Shown piece after piece: positions 15,201 to 29,499 of a stretch of 64,000 nt of DNA. The number at the start of each line of letters is the position of its first letter. Position 1 is the stretch's first letter. Origin of the DNA: Blastocystis sp. Blastoise (taxonomy: Eukaryota; Protista; Bigyra: Opalinata); NCBI GenBank assembly GCA_039096225.1, contig JBBPEB010000015.1, positions 930,001-994,000 of the forward strand, given 5' to 3'. A program made the translations under genes and the position numbers. The notes beneath the pieces were generated by a model. That model made no database searches, was not told the origin of the DNA, and saw only the letters and a list, made by a program, of their open reading frames with translations.

Positions 15201-17992
15201 ATACCTTCCGAATGGGTGAAGAACTAGCTACAATTCGTCTATTATATTATGCATTTGTAGGAAAAACTGCAAGCCATGTTTTAACTAAAGATACTTTCTT
15301 AAATAATGTATATAAACATTCATTTTCATTCATTTATTAAAGTTATTTTTTTTTTTAATTCAATATATTTGGGTTATAGTTTATATGTTTTTAATAGAAT
15401 TAATATATTTCTTTATATATATGTTTACTTTATTTATTATCGAATATAATAATAATATATAGGGTAAAAAATTAGGTATAATATCAGAAGATGATGAATT
15501 AGTTCAATTATTATTTAAAGATAACAATGAAATTGATACTTCTATATTTACTTATGTCCTTCTCCATTTTAAAGAACAAATACCTACACCCATGAAGTAT
15601 ATATTGTTTTATTATTATATATTTTGTTTTTTAATGTTTTTTTTTATTATTTATGTTTTTTTATATTTATTTATGTTTTTATTATATTTTTATATATATG
15701 TATTGTTTCTTCTATATAGAGAGTATATGTCCAAAGTTAGTGACCATGTTCATGTTCTTTTGAATGACCTTCCTCATCAACGAAGATTTGGAGTATATTA
15801 TTTATTAAATTTATTATATTTATTAAATTTATTATATTTATTATTAATTTTATTTATTATATATTCTATTTATTATATATTATATTTATTATATATTCTA
15901 TTTATTAATTTTATTATATATTATATTTATTATTTTTATCCTATCTTCATCATTCCTTCTACATATATATATATATAGTTCAATGGTTCTCTTCCTACTT
16001 CTCTAGCTAATCCTTACGGTCTCCTTAAGGCACCTCTTCCTGTGGCTCTTCCATTATATTACTCTATGGTCACTAAACCACAAGATCCATCCATTCTCCC
16101 CGCGGTTCTTGCAGGTATCTTTGGAGAAATTCTTGTATGTTATTATATATATTATAATTCAATAATAATTTCTTTTTATTCTACTATTCATATAATATAT
16201 TAATAATAATATATTAATATATATATATATATAGGGATGTATACCTCTTTATCCTACATATACTTCTGCTATATCAGCTCAACTTAATCTTATTACTGAA
16301 AAGAAGACTCTTACTGATTATATATTCCCAAGACGATCAAAAACAAATCATTCCCATGGGAAATCCAATCAATCCATATATAGAAATGGTATGAATATCA
16401 ATAAGAAAGTAACTACTGCTACTACTACTGCTACTACTACTAGTACTGCTACTAGTACTGCGAATAGTATGAAATCAATGAAAGGTATTTCTATGAATAC
16501 TGTTGCTAAACAAACATCAGATTCTGTTCTTGATTCTATTAACAAAGTTCCTCTCTCTAAATCTGTATCTTCTCTCTCTGGATACGAAGTCAATAACGCT
16601 CGTTATAACTCCTTCTCCTTCTTAAGGGGATTACCTAAATATATGCTCTATATTACCTATAGAAACTTATATCAAATACTCATTTTCCCTGTTGTATATA
16701 AACAATTATTATTTTTATTATTTTTATAGTTATATTTATGTTTTTTTTTTCATCTTTATATTTTTATTTTTATTTTTATTTTTATTTATCTTTATATATT
16801 TATATTTATCTTTATATTTATATTTATATTTATATTTATATTTATATTTATATTTATATTTATATTTATATTTATATTTATATTTATATTTATATTTATA
16901 TTTATCTTTATTACTATTACTATTATAGTGTCTTCGTTATATATATGATAAGACATATACATCTTCTGTTCCACTTCCCGCCCAAATAGCTGCCGCCTCT
17001 TTTGTTACTGGATTTACTCTACCTCTCTTCATCTTCCCTACTCAAAAGAAATTTATTATTCATTCGTATATATACTTTTATATTGTTTTTCTATTTTTTT
17101 TTATTTTTCTATTTATATATATCTTTTGTTCTTCTAAATATAGTGTTGAAGCAGTTCCTATTCAACCGTTATCCTTCCTTTCTCGTAATTACCGCGGTTT
17201 ATTCTCCACGATGCTTCATAGCAGTCTACTTCTTACTGCATTCTTAACACCTTTCGCTTACTTCTGGATGATGTACTATCAAGTATTTATTTATATAGAT
17301 ATTTATATAGATATTTAGAAGTATCATTTATCATTATATTTAATTTTATTATGAATTTATATATCATTATATTTATTTTTATTATGATTATATATATCTT
17401 TATAATTAATCTTATTATGATTATATATATCATTATATATAGTCAACTCCTTCTGTTTCTACTTCTGTTTCTAATGATGCTCATCATTCTATTTCTGCTC
17501 CTGTATCTCATTTCGATGGTAGCCATATATTGAATGCTGTTACTCTTGGTGCTGTCACTTATTCTGCAGCATATCTAGCTACTTATCCTCTTAATGTATT
17601 CAAGAGATACAAGTATATAACATTATTATATTTATTATTATATTTATTATATTTATTATATTTATTATATTTATTATATTTATTATATTTATTATATTTA
17701 TTATAATCTATTTATATTTATTATATTTATTATATTTATTAAATTCATTATATATATACACTAATATTCATTATATATATATAGGACATTACAAGGTTAT
17801 CAAGTACGTGTAAAAGAACAAGAGATTATTCGTTTTAGTAAGAATTATAAGTTTATGGACTTTATTAGGAAGCGAACATTAAAACAAATATATAGAGGTG
17901 CATCCCCACGTTTATATAATAGTTTAATAAGTATTAGTTTAGGTATTGTATTCGCTGGATGTGGATATAGATTTGCATATAAAGACTCTTAA
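12243..17992 (+). CDS. ~1,200-aa fusion: permuted NlpC/P60 (YiiX-like) domain + two cyclic-nucleotide-binding-like domains + EF-hand-like region + degenerate mitochondrial carrier (SLC25) domain
   Basis: 14 exons joined in phase at GT-AG sites with no internal stop. Motifs: LDTGDVILF...WDHVAVIV...FFCSHGTAHIL; CIVDEG...IFG; ILVIDQG...GNIFG...IPRRDDV; carrier repeats AVLAGIFG..YP / FLRGL, FP / NYRGL, ATYPLNVFK / IYRGASPRL. TAA at 17990-17992. Confidence 0.75.
16790..16905. repeat. Intronic (TATATT)n microsatellite
   Basis: Directly visible; it generates the spurious YLYL/YIYI ORFs. Confidence 0.9.
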
Positions 17993-18938
17993 TATATATA
18001 TATATATATTTATTTATTTATTTTGAGATTGAATGTGAATATGTTTTTTTATGTGGCTATTTTTCGTTTAGTTATTTATTTATATTTTCGTTTATATGTT
18101 TTCTTTATTCTGTTTTTATATAATATATATTCTATATATATATATTTTATATTATGATATTATATGAGTTTATTATGATATGAATCAATTTGAGACTATT
18201 TTATAATTCTTTATTTTTAACACTATCTACTTTTATTAATATATCCATAATAGTATGTTGTTGTAATTTCTAGATACAACTCTTTATTATATGTTCTTTT
18301 GTTTCAATTGATCACATTCTATTTACATGAATATAGTGATTAATAAGAAGATAAGTTAATATAAACCAAAAAAAAATCTATTGTTTCTTTCTGAATAAAA
18401 ACATTTAAATAAGAACTATCATAATGATAAATGATTCTGTCTTCTACTGGATAAATATAATTTTATAACTGTCTTGCTCTTATATACAGTACTTATTTTG
18501 CATATGATAATAGCAAGCAATAGATATTCTTGTGTATTAGTAAGTACTCTATATACAATCTATAAATCAATTATTTTAAATACAATTTTAAAAAAATTTC
18601 ATCATTCGATTAATAGAAGCTAATCCACTTTTTATTTGAAATGAAAAGAGAACAGAAACAATACTCGCGTCAATAACAAAATTATTTATGAAAGATATAT
18701 AAAAATTGTTCATTTTTAAAATATCAAAACAACAATAGATAGAAACATTACAATAATACATCAAAAAAAAAAGGAAATAACATGGTTGTTTATTAGAAAT
18801 GAATCTTTTTATAGTATATACAATAATAAACTAATATAATATATATTAACTTACAAAGGTAGAAGAAAAATATATATATAATAGATATAGAAAAATACAT
18901 TACATTCAATGAAATAGACTATATACATAGCATTTTCA

Positions 18939-19586
18939 TTATATATCATCTAAATCAATCATATCTGGGTCTATAACTAATTGTTTATTTTTATTCTCTT
19001 CTTCTTTCTTCCTAGTTTCTTCTTCTTCTTCTTCCATTCGAATTCTTTCTTCTTCTTCTTTTAATTCATTATTAACTTCATCATCTACACTATTCTCATT
19101 ACTATCTTTATTATCTTTATCTATAGTATTCTTTATAGTACTAGGATTATCATCTACATCATCTAGATCAATTGCTTCCTCATTAACCGCGGGAATTGAA
19201 TGATTCTCATGATCACTGTCTGAGTCAATATCAATACATTCTTCATTTACAATAGGAGTTTGCATAACCGTGGGAATTTCAGAAGAGTCAGTAGTATTTT
19301 GTCTATTTACATCAATAACAGTATGTATAGGGATTTTGACATAAGAAGGAAGTAATTCACGTTCTAAATCTTCACTATATATAGGATTTACATATCGTTT
19401 ATTTATATTCATCTTTTTCTCTTCATTATTAGTATATATATTTCCGTATTGTGTTATACCTCCTACAGACATATTTCCATCCTCCCCTTCCGAGTCACTT
19501 CCTTTAAGCAGTCCTCGTTTTGGTCTTTGGACATAGGGGATAGTGAGAAGATGAGGGAGATTCAAAAGACGAAGAATCCTGTCCGT

Positions 19587-19655
<69 letters not shown>

Positions 19656-21446
19656 TAAAATATTTACATATATTTTTATAATAATATTATTATATGTGTA
19701 ATAATAAAATATAAGTAGTAGAAAAAAAAATAAATGAATATAATGTTTGAACTACTTATATACTAAATATAGAAGAGAATATATATACTTGTGGATTTCC
19801 TCTTCGTTTGACATAACAGTTATGAAGTTTGTCGTTTCCATCTCCATAATAGCAGGGAGCAACAGGAATAAAATCATTTGGAATAATATATACACCTAAA
19901 TAATATGAATATATATGAATAATAAACTATATACACATTACAAAAGTATATATATATATAATATACAAATATATATTACAAATAAATATTATAAATATAA
20001 ATATATATACACCTTCTTGTTGATATCCTTCTTGTTCAAGTGTTTTCATGATCTCTTGTTTAATGCCTAAAGATGGATATAAGAGGGAGGAGGAGGAGGA
20101 GGAGGAGTCGAATGGACTAGTCATAGAGAGATAAGTAGACTTAAAAATGGATAGCCATTCAACATCATAAGATAACTAGGAGAAGAAGAAAGATAAATAA
20201 AGTAATAAAGAAATTAATATATATTTATGATGTATATACTAAATATAGTAATGAATAAAAAATATTAATATATATTATTATTATATATTCTATAAATATA
20301 CTTGTAAAGGTTGTTTATGTTCCACGGGAATATCCATAATCTGTATATAATCACGATTTGGTAGACACTTATCAAGAGCTAAGAATCGTGTGTCCTTCCC
20401 GCTCGAGTGATGTACTTTTGCCGCGAATTTCACGTGAAGATGCGCAGCAAACCAATAACGAGGCTATATATATATATATATATATAATGAATAGAGTATT
20501 GATAAGTAGAGTAATAATACTATAACTGATAAATATAGATAATAAATCATATAGAACAACATATTATATATATATATATACTTGTAATTCATTGAGTAAC
20601 GTTGTTAATTCTGGTGATCCTAAAGCATTATTACATATATCTTCCCTGTATATATATATATTAAGTATATACAGAATACTTACAAAACTCAATAATATTA
20701 TAGAGAATAATAATGAAATCCTATAAATATTTATAACTTTTATATATATACTTAAAATGTTTTTTCTTATTAAGAAGTGCTTTTTCATTTCCATATTTAG
20801 TGATTCCATTAGGCCAATCATGGGAAATGAAAATATCAAGTGGTTTTTGAAGCATACGTAATCTTTGAATCTCATAACTTCTTGTATGAATAATACTACA
20901 TTTAGAATCTCTTGTAAATGGAACTTGTTCATAATGACTTTTATTTTTATCAAAAGATTTATAAATACCTATAATCATCATTATATTCACAACGTTAGAG
21001 AAGAAATATATATATACCTGAAATACCTCCAATACGAAGACCACCAAAGTTTATTACACCAGAAAATCCCATGTAATAAATGTCTTTAGCTACGTAACCA
21101 CCAGCAAAGACTTCTTGAAGATAATTAGAAGCTTCATGATTACCACCAACAAAAATTGTTGGCACATAAGCTTCTTTTTCTCCATTATAATACTTGAAGA
21201 AGTCTCCCTAATTAATAAAAACCATTAAATTAATAAAACAAATACCATTTCTAAATATTTATCAGGACAATTGATACAATGAAGGTCTTCCATGTTACGT
21301 ATTGATTCGAAATCACCACAAACTATGAGTAAATCTACTTTCTGCTTCGTTTGTTGTTCCATGGCTTCAATAGCACGATAGTATACATCTAGATTTCCAT
21401 GTCCACATCCTGCAACTGCAATTCTAACGGAGTTTGTCGAATTCAT
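18939..21446 (-). CDS. DBR1: Lariat debranching enzyme
   Basis: [55 protein letters not shown] and [10 protein letters not shown] motifs across in-phase exons, followed by an acidic C-terminal tail. Confidence 0.95.
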
Positions 21447-22143
21447 AGCTTCTTAAAGTTATAAAATCAACAAATAGTGAATTAATTGTTATTATTATTA
21501 TTTGTGTAACTGTTACTAGTTCACTGATTTTTCAACTTTGGTTATTTGCGTAAATTACAGCATTTCTGTATTTGCTGTGGAGTAGCTAAATAAAAAAGAA
21601 ACGTTTTTTTTTTGTGAATTGCCGCTTTTTTGTTTTTCTTTAGTGAATGATATACTTTATTCTATTGATGAACATTTTATGATTCGTTTTTAATTAAATA
21701 AGATCAAATATATTGATGAATAAATCAATAATAAAATAATTTAAATTCTTTTACATTTCAATTCTTGTGCAACTATTCTTATCATATATTGAATACTATC
21801 TTTTTAAAATAAATAATAATCAAATAAGAAGATAAAATAAGAAAGTGAATGAATTGAGTTATCCAAAACATCCACATAAGTCCAGTCACGTTTAATAACC
21901 CTACTTTGTAATACATATCAAAGTGAATAGTTTAGTCAATATGAAGTACTCCAGAAGAAAATTAGAAGATAAGAAAAAATGAAGAAGTTTCTCGAAGGAA
22001 AGAAAATCATTCTTTATAGGGAAAGATGTAGTTTGAAAAAGGAACTATTATTATTGTTGAATTTGTATTTCTAATTGAATAGGAATTATTTTTCCTTATT
22101 TGTGATATAATTCAAAGATTTTGATTCAAGTTAGTTTGTTGAA

Positions 22144-23327
22144 ATGGCTGAAGAACATGAATTTTTACGTGTCGTTGATGTATGTAACGATGGTGGTCTT
22201 ATAAAGAAGGTTTATGAAGAAGGTACCGGTGATTTCCCTAAACCTTTTGATACTGTAACAGCTCATTATACTGGTACTTTATTGGATGGAACTAAGTTTG
22301 ATAGTTCTCGTGATAGAAATACTCCTTTTGAATTCAAAGTTGGTCAAGGTCAAGTTATTAAAGGTTGGGATAAAGGTTTCCTTAGTATGAAGAAGGGTGA
22401 AAAGGCTATTTTAACTTGTATATATTTGTGTTTTTTTTAATAATTTTAATTATCTTTAAAATTATTATTTAGGTTCTCCTGATTATGCTTATGGTGCTAA
22501 TGGTGCTCCTCCAAGCATTCCTGCAAATGCTACATTGAATTTTGATGTAGAATTAATTGATTTCGAAACTGTTAAGGATGCTTCTACAATGAGTCTTGAA
22601 GAGAAATATGATGAAGTATATATATTATTATTATGCATATTATTATTATTATGTATATTATTATTATTATGTATATTATTATTTTTATGTATATTATTAT
22701 TATTATTATGTATATTATTATTATTATGTATATTATTATTATTATGCATATTATTATTATTATGTATATTATTATTATTATTTATATATTATTATTATTA
22801 TTATTTATATTATTATTATTATGTATATTATTATTATTCTAGGCTCTTCGTCTTAAAGAAGAAGGTAATATGCTATTCAAAAACAAAGATTTCAAAATCG
22901 CTTTTAATACTTATAAAAAGGTATTATTATTATGTTTATTATCTTATTATTATCTTTATTATTATCTTATGTTTATTATTATTATCTCTATTATTATCTT
23001 ATTATTATCTCTATTATTATTATACAATAGGGTGTTCAATTCTTAACTACTGCTTCAACTGGAGGTCATTGTGGTTGTGGTCATGATTCCTGTGATTCTA
23101 GTGATGAAGAAGGAGATGAAGAACAAGATGAAGTTATGCATAATAAAGTATTAGAATTAAAAAGAACAATCTTATTAAATAAAGCTATGTGTGAAATTAA
23201 ATTAGAACAATGGAAAGATGCTATTCAAGATTGTAAAGAAGTATTACGTAGTGATAAGGACAATGTTAAGGCTCTTTTTAGAAGAGGTACTGCATATATG
23301 AATTTCGGTGACCTTGAAAAGGCTCAA

Positions 23328-23383
<56 letters not shown>

Positions 23384-24595
23384 CACTTTATTATATGTCA
23401 TTATTATACATTCTATTCTATATAATACTATTACATAGGAAGATTTGAATGCTGTGTTAGTACTTGATCCTACGAATAAAGAAGCTGAAAAGCAATTAAG
23501 CAAAGTGAAGTTACTTTATAAGAAGGAGAATGAACGTTTAAGTAAAGCCATGAAAAATATGTTCCGTTTTAGTCAATTTTATGATGATAAGGAGGATATT
23601 ATTATTCCTGGTTCTAATGGATTTAATCCCGTAGTATTCTTCGATATTAAACGAGGTGAAGAAAATCTGGGTAGAATTGTCATGGAATTATATAAAGATG
23701 TTGTATATATATATGCATATTATTTTATAATTATTTTATATTCTATTATTTATCTTTATTAGTAATTTTTTTTCTATTCTATATCTTTATTCTATATCTT
23801 TAATTTACTATATATATTTTTTTCCATTTATTTATCTATTCAATTTTATATATATCTATTCTATTTTATATTTATTTATATATAATAGGTTCCTAAGACT
23901 GCTGAAAACTTCCGTTGTTTATGTACAGGTGAGAAAGGTATTGGTAAGAGCGGAAAACCCTTATATTTCAAGAATAGTATTTTCCACCGTTGTATTTCTG
24001 ATTTTATGATTCAGGGAGGAGATTTCACGAACTTTGTATGTTTTATTTATTCTTTTAATTATTCAATTATTTATTATTTATTTATTTATTTATTATTTAT
24101 TTATATATTTATTTATTTATTATTTATTTATTTATTATTTATTTATTTATTATACTAATCTATATTATTATATATTTATACTATTTTAATACTATTTTAA
24201 AAATACTATTTTAAAAATCTTTTTTTACAATAAAAACATTATATATGTATATTTAGAATGGTACTGGTGGTGAATCTATTTATGGTGAAAAATTTAATGA
24301 TGAAAACTTCAAATTATTACATGCTGAAGAAGGTTTACTTTCTATGGCTAATTCTGGTCCTAATACGAATGGATCTCAATTCTTTATTACTACAGTTCCT
24401 TGTCCTCATCTTAATGGAAAGCATGTTGTTTTCGGTAAGGTCCTTGATGGTATGAAGACTGTTCATGCTATTGAAAACAGTAAGACAGACAGTAGCGATA
24501 AACCTATTAATGATGTTATCATCATCGACTGTGGACAACTTGGTACTAAGGAAAAATGGCTTCAAGAGCAAAGTGATAAGAAAAATTCTAATTAA
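22144..24595 (+). CDS. Dual-family immunophilin (FCBP): FKBP + TPR + cyclophilin
   Basis: FKBP motifs ([34 protein letters not shown]), TPR helices (LKEEGN, KALFRRG) and cyclophilin motifs ([42 protein letters not shown]). All seven exons are in phase. Confidence 0.93.
22617..22835. repeat. Intronic ~18-21 nt minisatellite (TATTATTATTATGYATA)
   Basis: Directly visible in FCBP intron 2; it generates the LLLCI ORFs. Confidence 0.85.
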
Positions 24596-24842
24596 GTTTA
24601 AACCACTTGTTGTTGTTGTTGTGTGTTTTGCCTTGTTATATAATAAATATATTGCTAAAAAAGCTTGCTTATATTAAAATAAATAAAAATTACTTGTTTT
24701 GTTCGTCAAAATTATTCAATATTTTAAAAATTATATTTTGAGTAAAGAAAATGAAAAATTAATTTCGTTTAAAATAGTTTTGAATTAAAAATCATAAATA
24801 ACTGATATTTTAATATAAAAAAAAATCATTATTGGTATTACT

Positions 24843-26041
24843 ATGTCATTTAAGTCTTATGGAAACAGTATATTTATTATTTCTCACTAATGCAACAATC
24901 CATGTAGATTCAAAAAAGCAATATGGACGAAAAGGATATTTCTCAAAGAGTACTATAACGAAGAGAGACTCTTCACAAGAAAAATGTATTGGATCTTAGA
25001 TACTTTGTTACCATTATATAGTGTTTCCTTTGAATAATAATACATCCATAAATGATTTGTCTGATTTATATCCTTCATTATATGATTTTGATAAAAGTAG
25101 TATTCTGAACTTATCTTTATCAAAGAATGACAATAGTGTATATAGAGAATGCATTTATTTTTCATTTTATTCTTTTAGATGAATGTAATCCTTGAAGATA
25201 AGATGAATATAACAACAGAATCTATATTAAGTGATTGTCCAATTGAAGATTTGTCTTTTTTAAAAGCAGCTATTGAGGTATTTTTTCATTTATTTCTATT
25301 CAATAAGTAGAGCATTCTATTGCTAAAATAATCTTTAGAACAAAAATGGTAATGATTGCGTTGTTACAATTCCAAAGACTTTTTCTGATTCTCAATTATC
25401 AAATTTCATGGATTGGTGCTTAAAATTAGGTATTTATGATTTTAAATACATAAAATTGAGAAATATAATATATATTTATTTTCATAAAGGTATTGGTGAA
25501 TTTGATAATGGATTATATAAGGATTATAAACAGATATATATACAGAAGGATATTGTGCAGAGACTCTCAGAAGCTTTTCAATCTTATTCTCCTGGTATGT
25601 TTATTTATCTTATTGATATCTTATTATAATTACATTCATGATTATGTTTATTATAATGATTACTAACAAAATTATGATTATTATAATATATATATATATT
25701 TTGAATAGAGAATTGTAACTATAAATATATATATAATCTACTCTCTATTCAAATAAATTCTTATAACTATATATATATAGTAGTATCCTCTTCTCCTACT
25801 CCTTCCTTCCATAAAATAACTCCCTATAACCGCGAGAATCGACGAATAGAACTGAATCAAATGACTTTGTTCGCCTTAAAAACAATTCTAAAATCTCTTC
25901 AAGGAAGAATTACTGGTATCAATATTATAGATACTTTAAAAATAATATAATACTTTATATGAAAGAATAACTATCCATTTTTTAATTCATTTATTTTTCA
26001 TAATATTTTTGTTTACATTTAATAATAATCATGTTTATGAG

Positions 26042-26075
<34 letters not shown>

Positions 26076-27905
26076 CTATAGGGAGGAAGGAGGAGTTAAT
26101 CGATCGTATCATTACTCTTGAGAATGATAATTATATGCATCAAGTAGCCCTTAGTGGTATACTATTAATATTACATATATCTTATTATTTATATTTATTA
26201 TATATCTCATTATTTATATTTATTATATATCTCATTATTTATATTTATTATATATCTCATTATTTATATTATATATATATCTTATTATGTATATTAATAT
26301 TATATATCTTATTATGTATATTAATACTTACTATATATAGAAAGTAATTCTAGTGCTACTAATACTCCTTTGTCTTCTTCTATATCATCTATAAGTAATA
26401 ATTCGATTCATATTCAGAATCATTCAGACGTTATGAAATTTTCTGATTCACCCTATAAAGACCTTCCATCACTTCTTGTCGAGGAACAATATCCGGAACA
26501 CAATTCAGTATCATCCAATCAAAACAGTTCCATGTCTTCAGTATCTTCACTCCATGAGAATATAAATTCACTTCCTTCTCTCTCCCCATTGGGTGCAACT
26601 TCATCAAATCCTCCATTATCCTCGAATACTCAAGATAACCACGGGAATGTTCCGTTTATTGTACCTTTCTCACCTATCTATCCAAGACATCAACCTATAC
26701 GTATATATATTTATATTTATATATTTATGCATATTCATATAATACTTGAAGTATCTAAAAAATTAACTCTACAGAAATATGATATAAACTATATTATTAA
26801 AAATTCTAAATAAAAAATTATGAATAATATGAGATTATATAAATAATTATTATATTTCATATATATATTTCTTATAATATTTTTAGAATTAATGAAACAA
26901 TCCCAACTGTCTTCCCTCCCTTCCGCAATGGCGGGATCATCAGAATCATTCTCGACATCTATTCACAAAGTGAATTCTCCTTCTATGTCACATGCTCCTT
27001 CTACACCACCTATCTCTATTCCTTCTTCTTCTTCTTCTTCTTCTTCTTCTTCTTCTTCTCTTCCTCCTACGTCTATACCCTCTGAGATAATATCTAAAGA
27101 TATCTTATCTATGAGTATTGAATCACCAATCAAAATAAATTCTATGATGACACATAGCTATCCTGTACAAGACACAGACAATTCATTGGATATCTCTGTT
27201 GAATCTGTTCAGGAAACCCCAATAAAGGAACCAATCATAGTGGAAGAAGATGAAACATATGAGAATACTATTCCAGAACCTGGAGATAGTGTTGTGAAAC
27301 GATTGGATATGGATGAGACAGATAATGACGCAGATACCATCATCTTAAGTGATGGAGATCTCTCTGTTGATAATACCCTAGATATAGAGGGAAATCAAAC
27401 AGAAATGACATTGCCCGCTGAAAATAACACAGCTAATCCTTCTATTCGTAATGATAAGAGTAATTCCCACGGGAATGAAAGCAGTGAGAGTGAAGAAGAA
27501 GATGAATTTGAAGAAGATAGTATTTTACAAGGATTTAGTATATATTATTATGATTATGATGATGATTATTATTTATTATTGTGTTCATTATTATATAATT
27601 ATTAATATCTTTATGATTAATATTATGATTATAGCAATACTTCAAAAGAATCACAATGCTCTAGAGAGGCGACGTGAATCAATGGCCCAATTCAGTATGC
27701 CTCCCCCGCGGGACCCCTTGGATATTCATCGGGGAAGTCGTATATCTATAAGTATATGTTTATATAAGAATTATTGTATAATATATATTTCATTAATATA
27801 TATATATATATATAATATTATTATTAATATAGTGCACCCAAGTTCATCTTTAGATTCCTCACGACTTCGTTCTCTCTCTCTTTCTATTCCTACCTATATC
27901 AACAA

Positions 27906-27996
<91 letters not shown>

Positions 27997-28995
27997 TGTT
28001 ATTATAATATTATGAAGTTATATATTTATTATAATATTATAGTATTTATAATATATTAACATATATATATATATAGAAAGATCGGAGACTCCAGAGTTTC
28101 TGTATATGAACCCAAAGAAGAAGGTATATATATAATTATATATATATATATATTTATAATAATATTTAGTTTCATATTATTCTCCAAATATACACATACA
28201 ACCAGAAGTATATAGATTTATATATATCAATATCTTAACAATTATATATATATATTACTATTTCCTATAAAGATCTTAGCTGCTATATATATATATATAT
28301 ATATAATTATTTGTATATAATATCTCCTTATAGTGTTTCACTCCTCTTTTTCTCTCTTTTCTATTTGATTATTTCTCAGAACACGTGCTCATATCCTCAT
28401 TATCTCTGGTGAACAATGACTGGAGGGCACTTGTATTTAAAAACATCAGTTGGCGGGCAGCACTAGATGATATGCAAAATATTGGTATATTTATATATAT
28501 ATACATTCTCTGTTTTATATATGTATATATGTGTATATATTTATACTCTTTATAAATAGATACTCTATATAAATCAGTTGTTTCTTTAACACATGTATTT
28601 CCCACGGGGAAATTAATTGGGAAAGGAGGATATAAAACAGTATATATATATATCTGAATATGTTTGTAAATAATTATATATATTATAAATAGGTATATAA
28701 AGTAGAGAATGCTATATATAAACGAAGTGAAGCAGTCTCTATTATGAATATGGAAGATGTAGAGAGAGATGGTATATATATAAATATATTTTTTTGATAC
28801 TATATTATATAATATAAAATTTACTCTATTATATAATATAAACTATACTATTATTTTGATCTATATACATGAATTTAATTTCTCTCCTTATTTCTAGGTA
28901 CCATGGTTATTGCTCGCCAAGAGATTCAATGTTCGTTCCTTCTTTCTGAAATCGCAACAAAACATATCTCTCCATTTTATCTACATACATATCAA

Positions 28996-29042
<47 letters not shown>

Positions 29043-29409
29043 TAATCATGATTATTATATAGTTTATTTTATTATTGTTTGTTTTTTTTTATAAATATAG
29101 AAATATAACAGCTATTATTCTGTATATATATAGGCATTTCGTTTGAGTTATGACGCACCATCTAGTTGGATGATTCCCTCCAGAAAGAGGAAAAGACGCG
29201 GGAAACAGAATCAACCACGTGATTATCTTTATATTCGAATGGAATTGGCAGAACAAGGTAATTTAGAAGATTATATTCGCGGGAAATCCGATAAAGTGAT
29301 AGAAGATGATTATATTGTTCCCTTCTTTATACAGATGGCTCTTTCTCTATATATAGGTTATGAAATGGTATTTATATATTTTAATTAATAAATATATGTA
29401 TTATTAATG

Positions 29410-29499
<90 letters not shown>

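Noticed and set aside
16692-16989. ORFs of YIYI/YLYL/ININ, and similar poly-I/Y/L ORFs at 22489-23086, 45211-45414 and 49511-50733
   Set aside because: They are translations of intronic microsatellites; flanking exons splice across them in phase.
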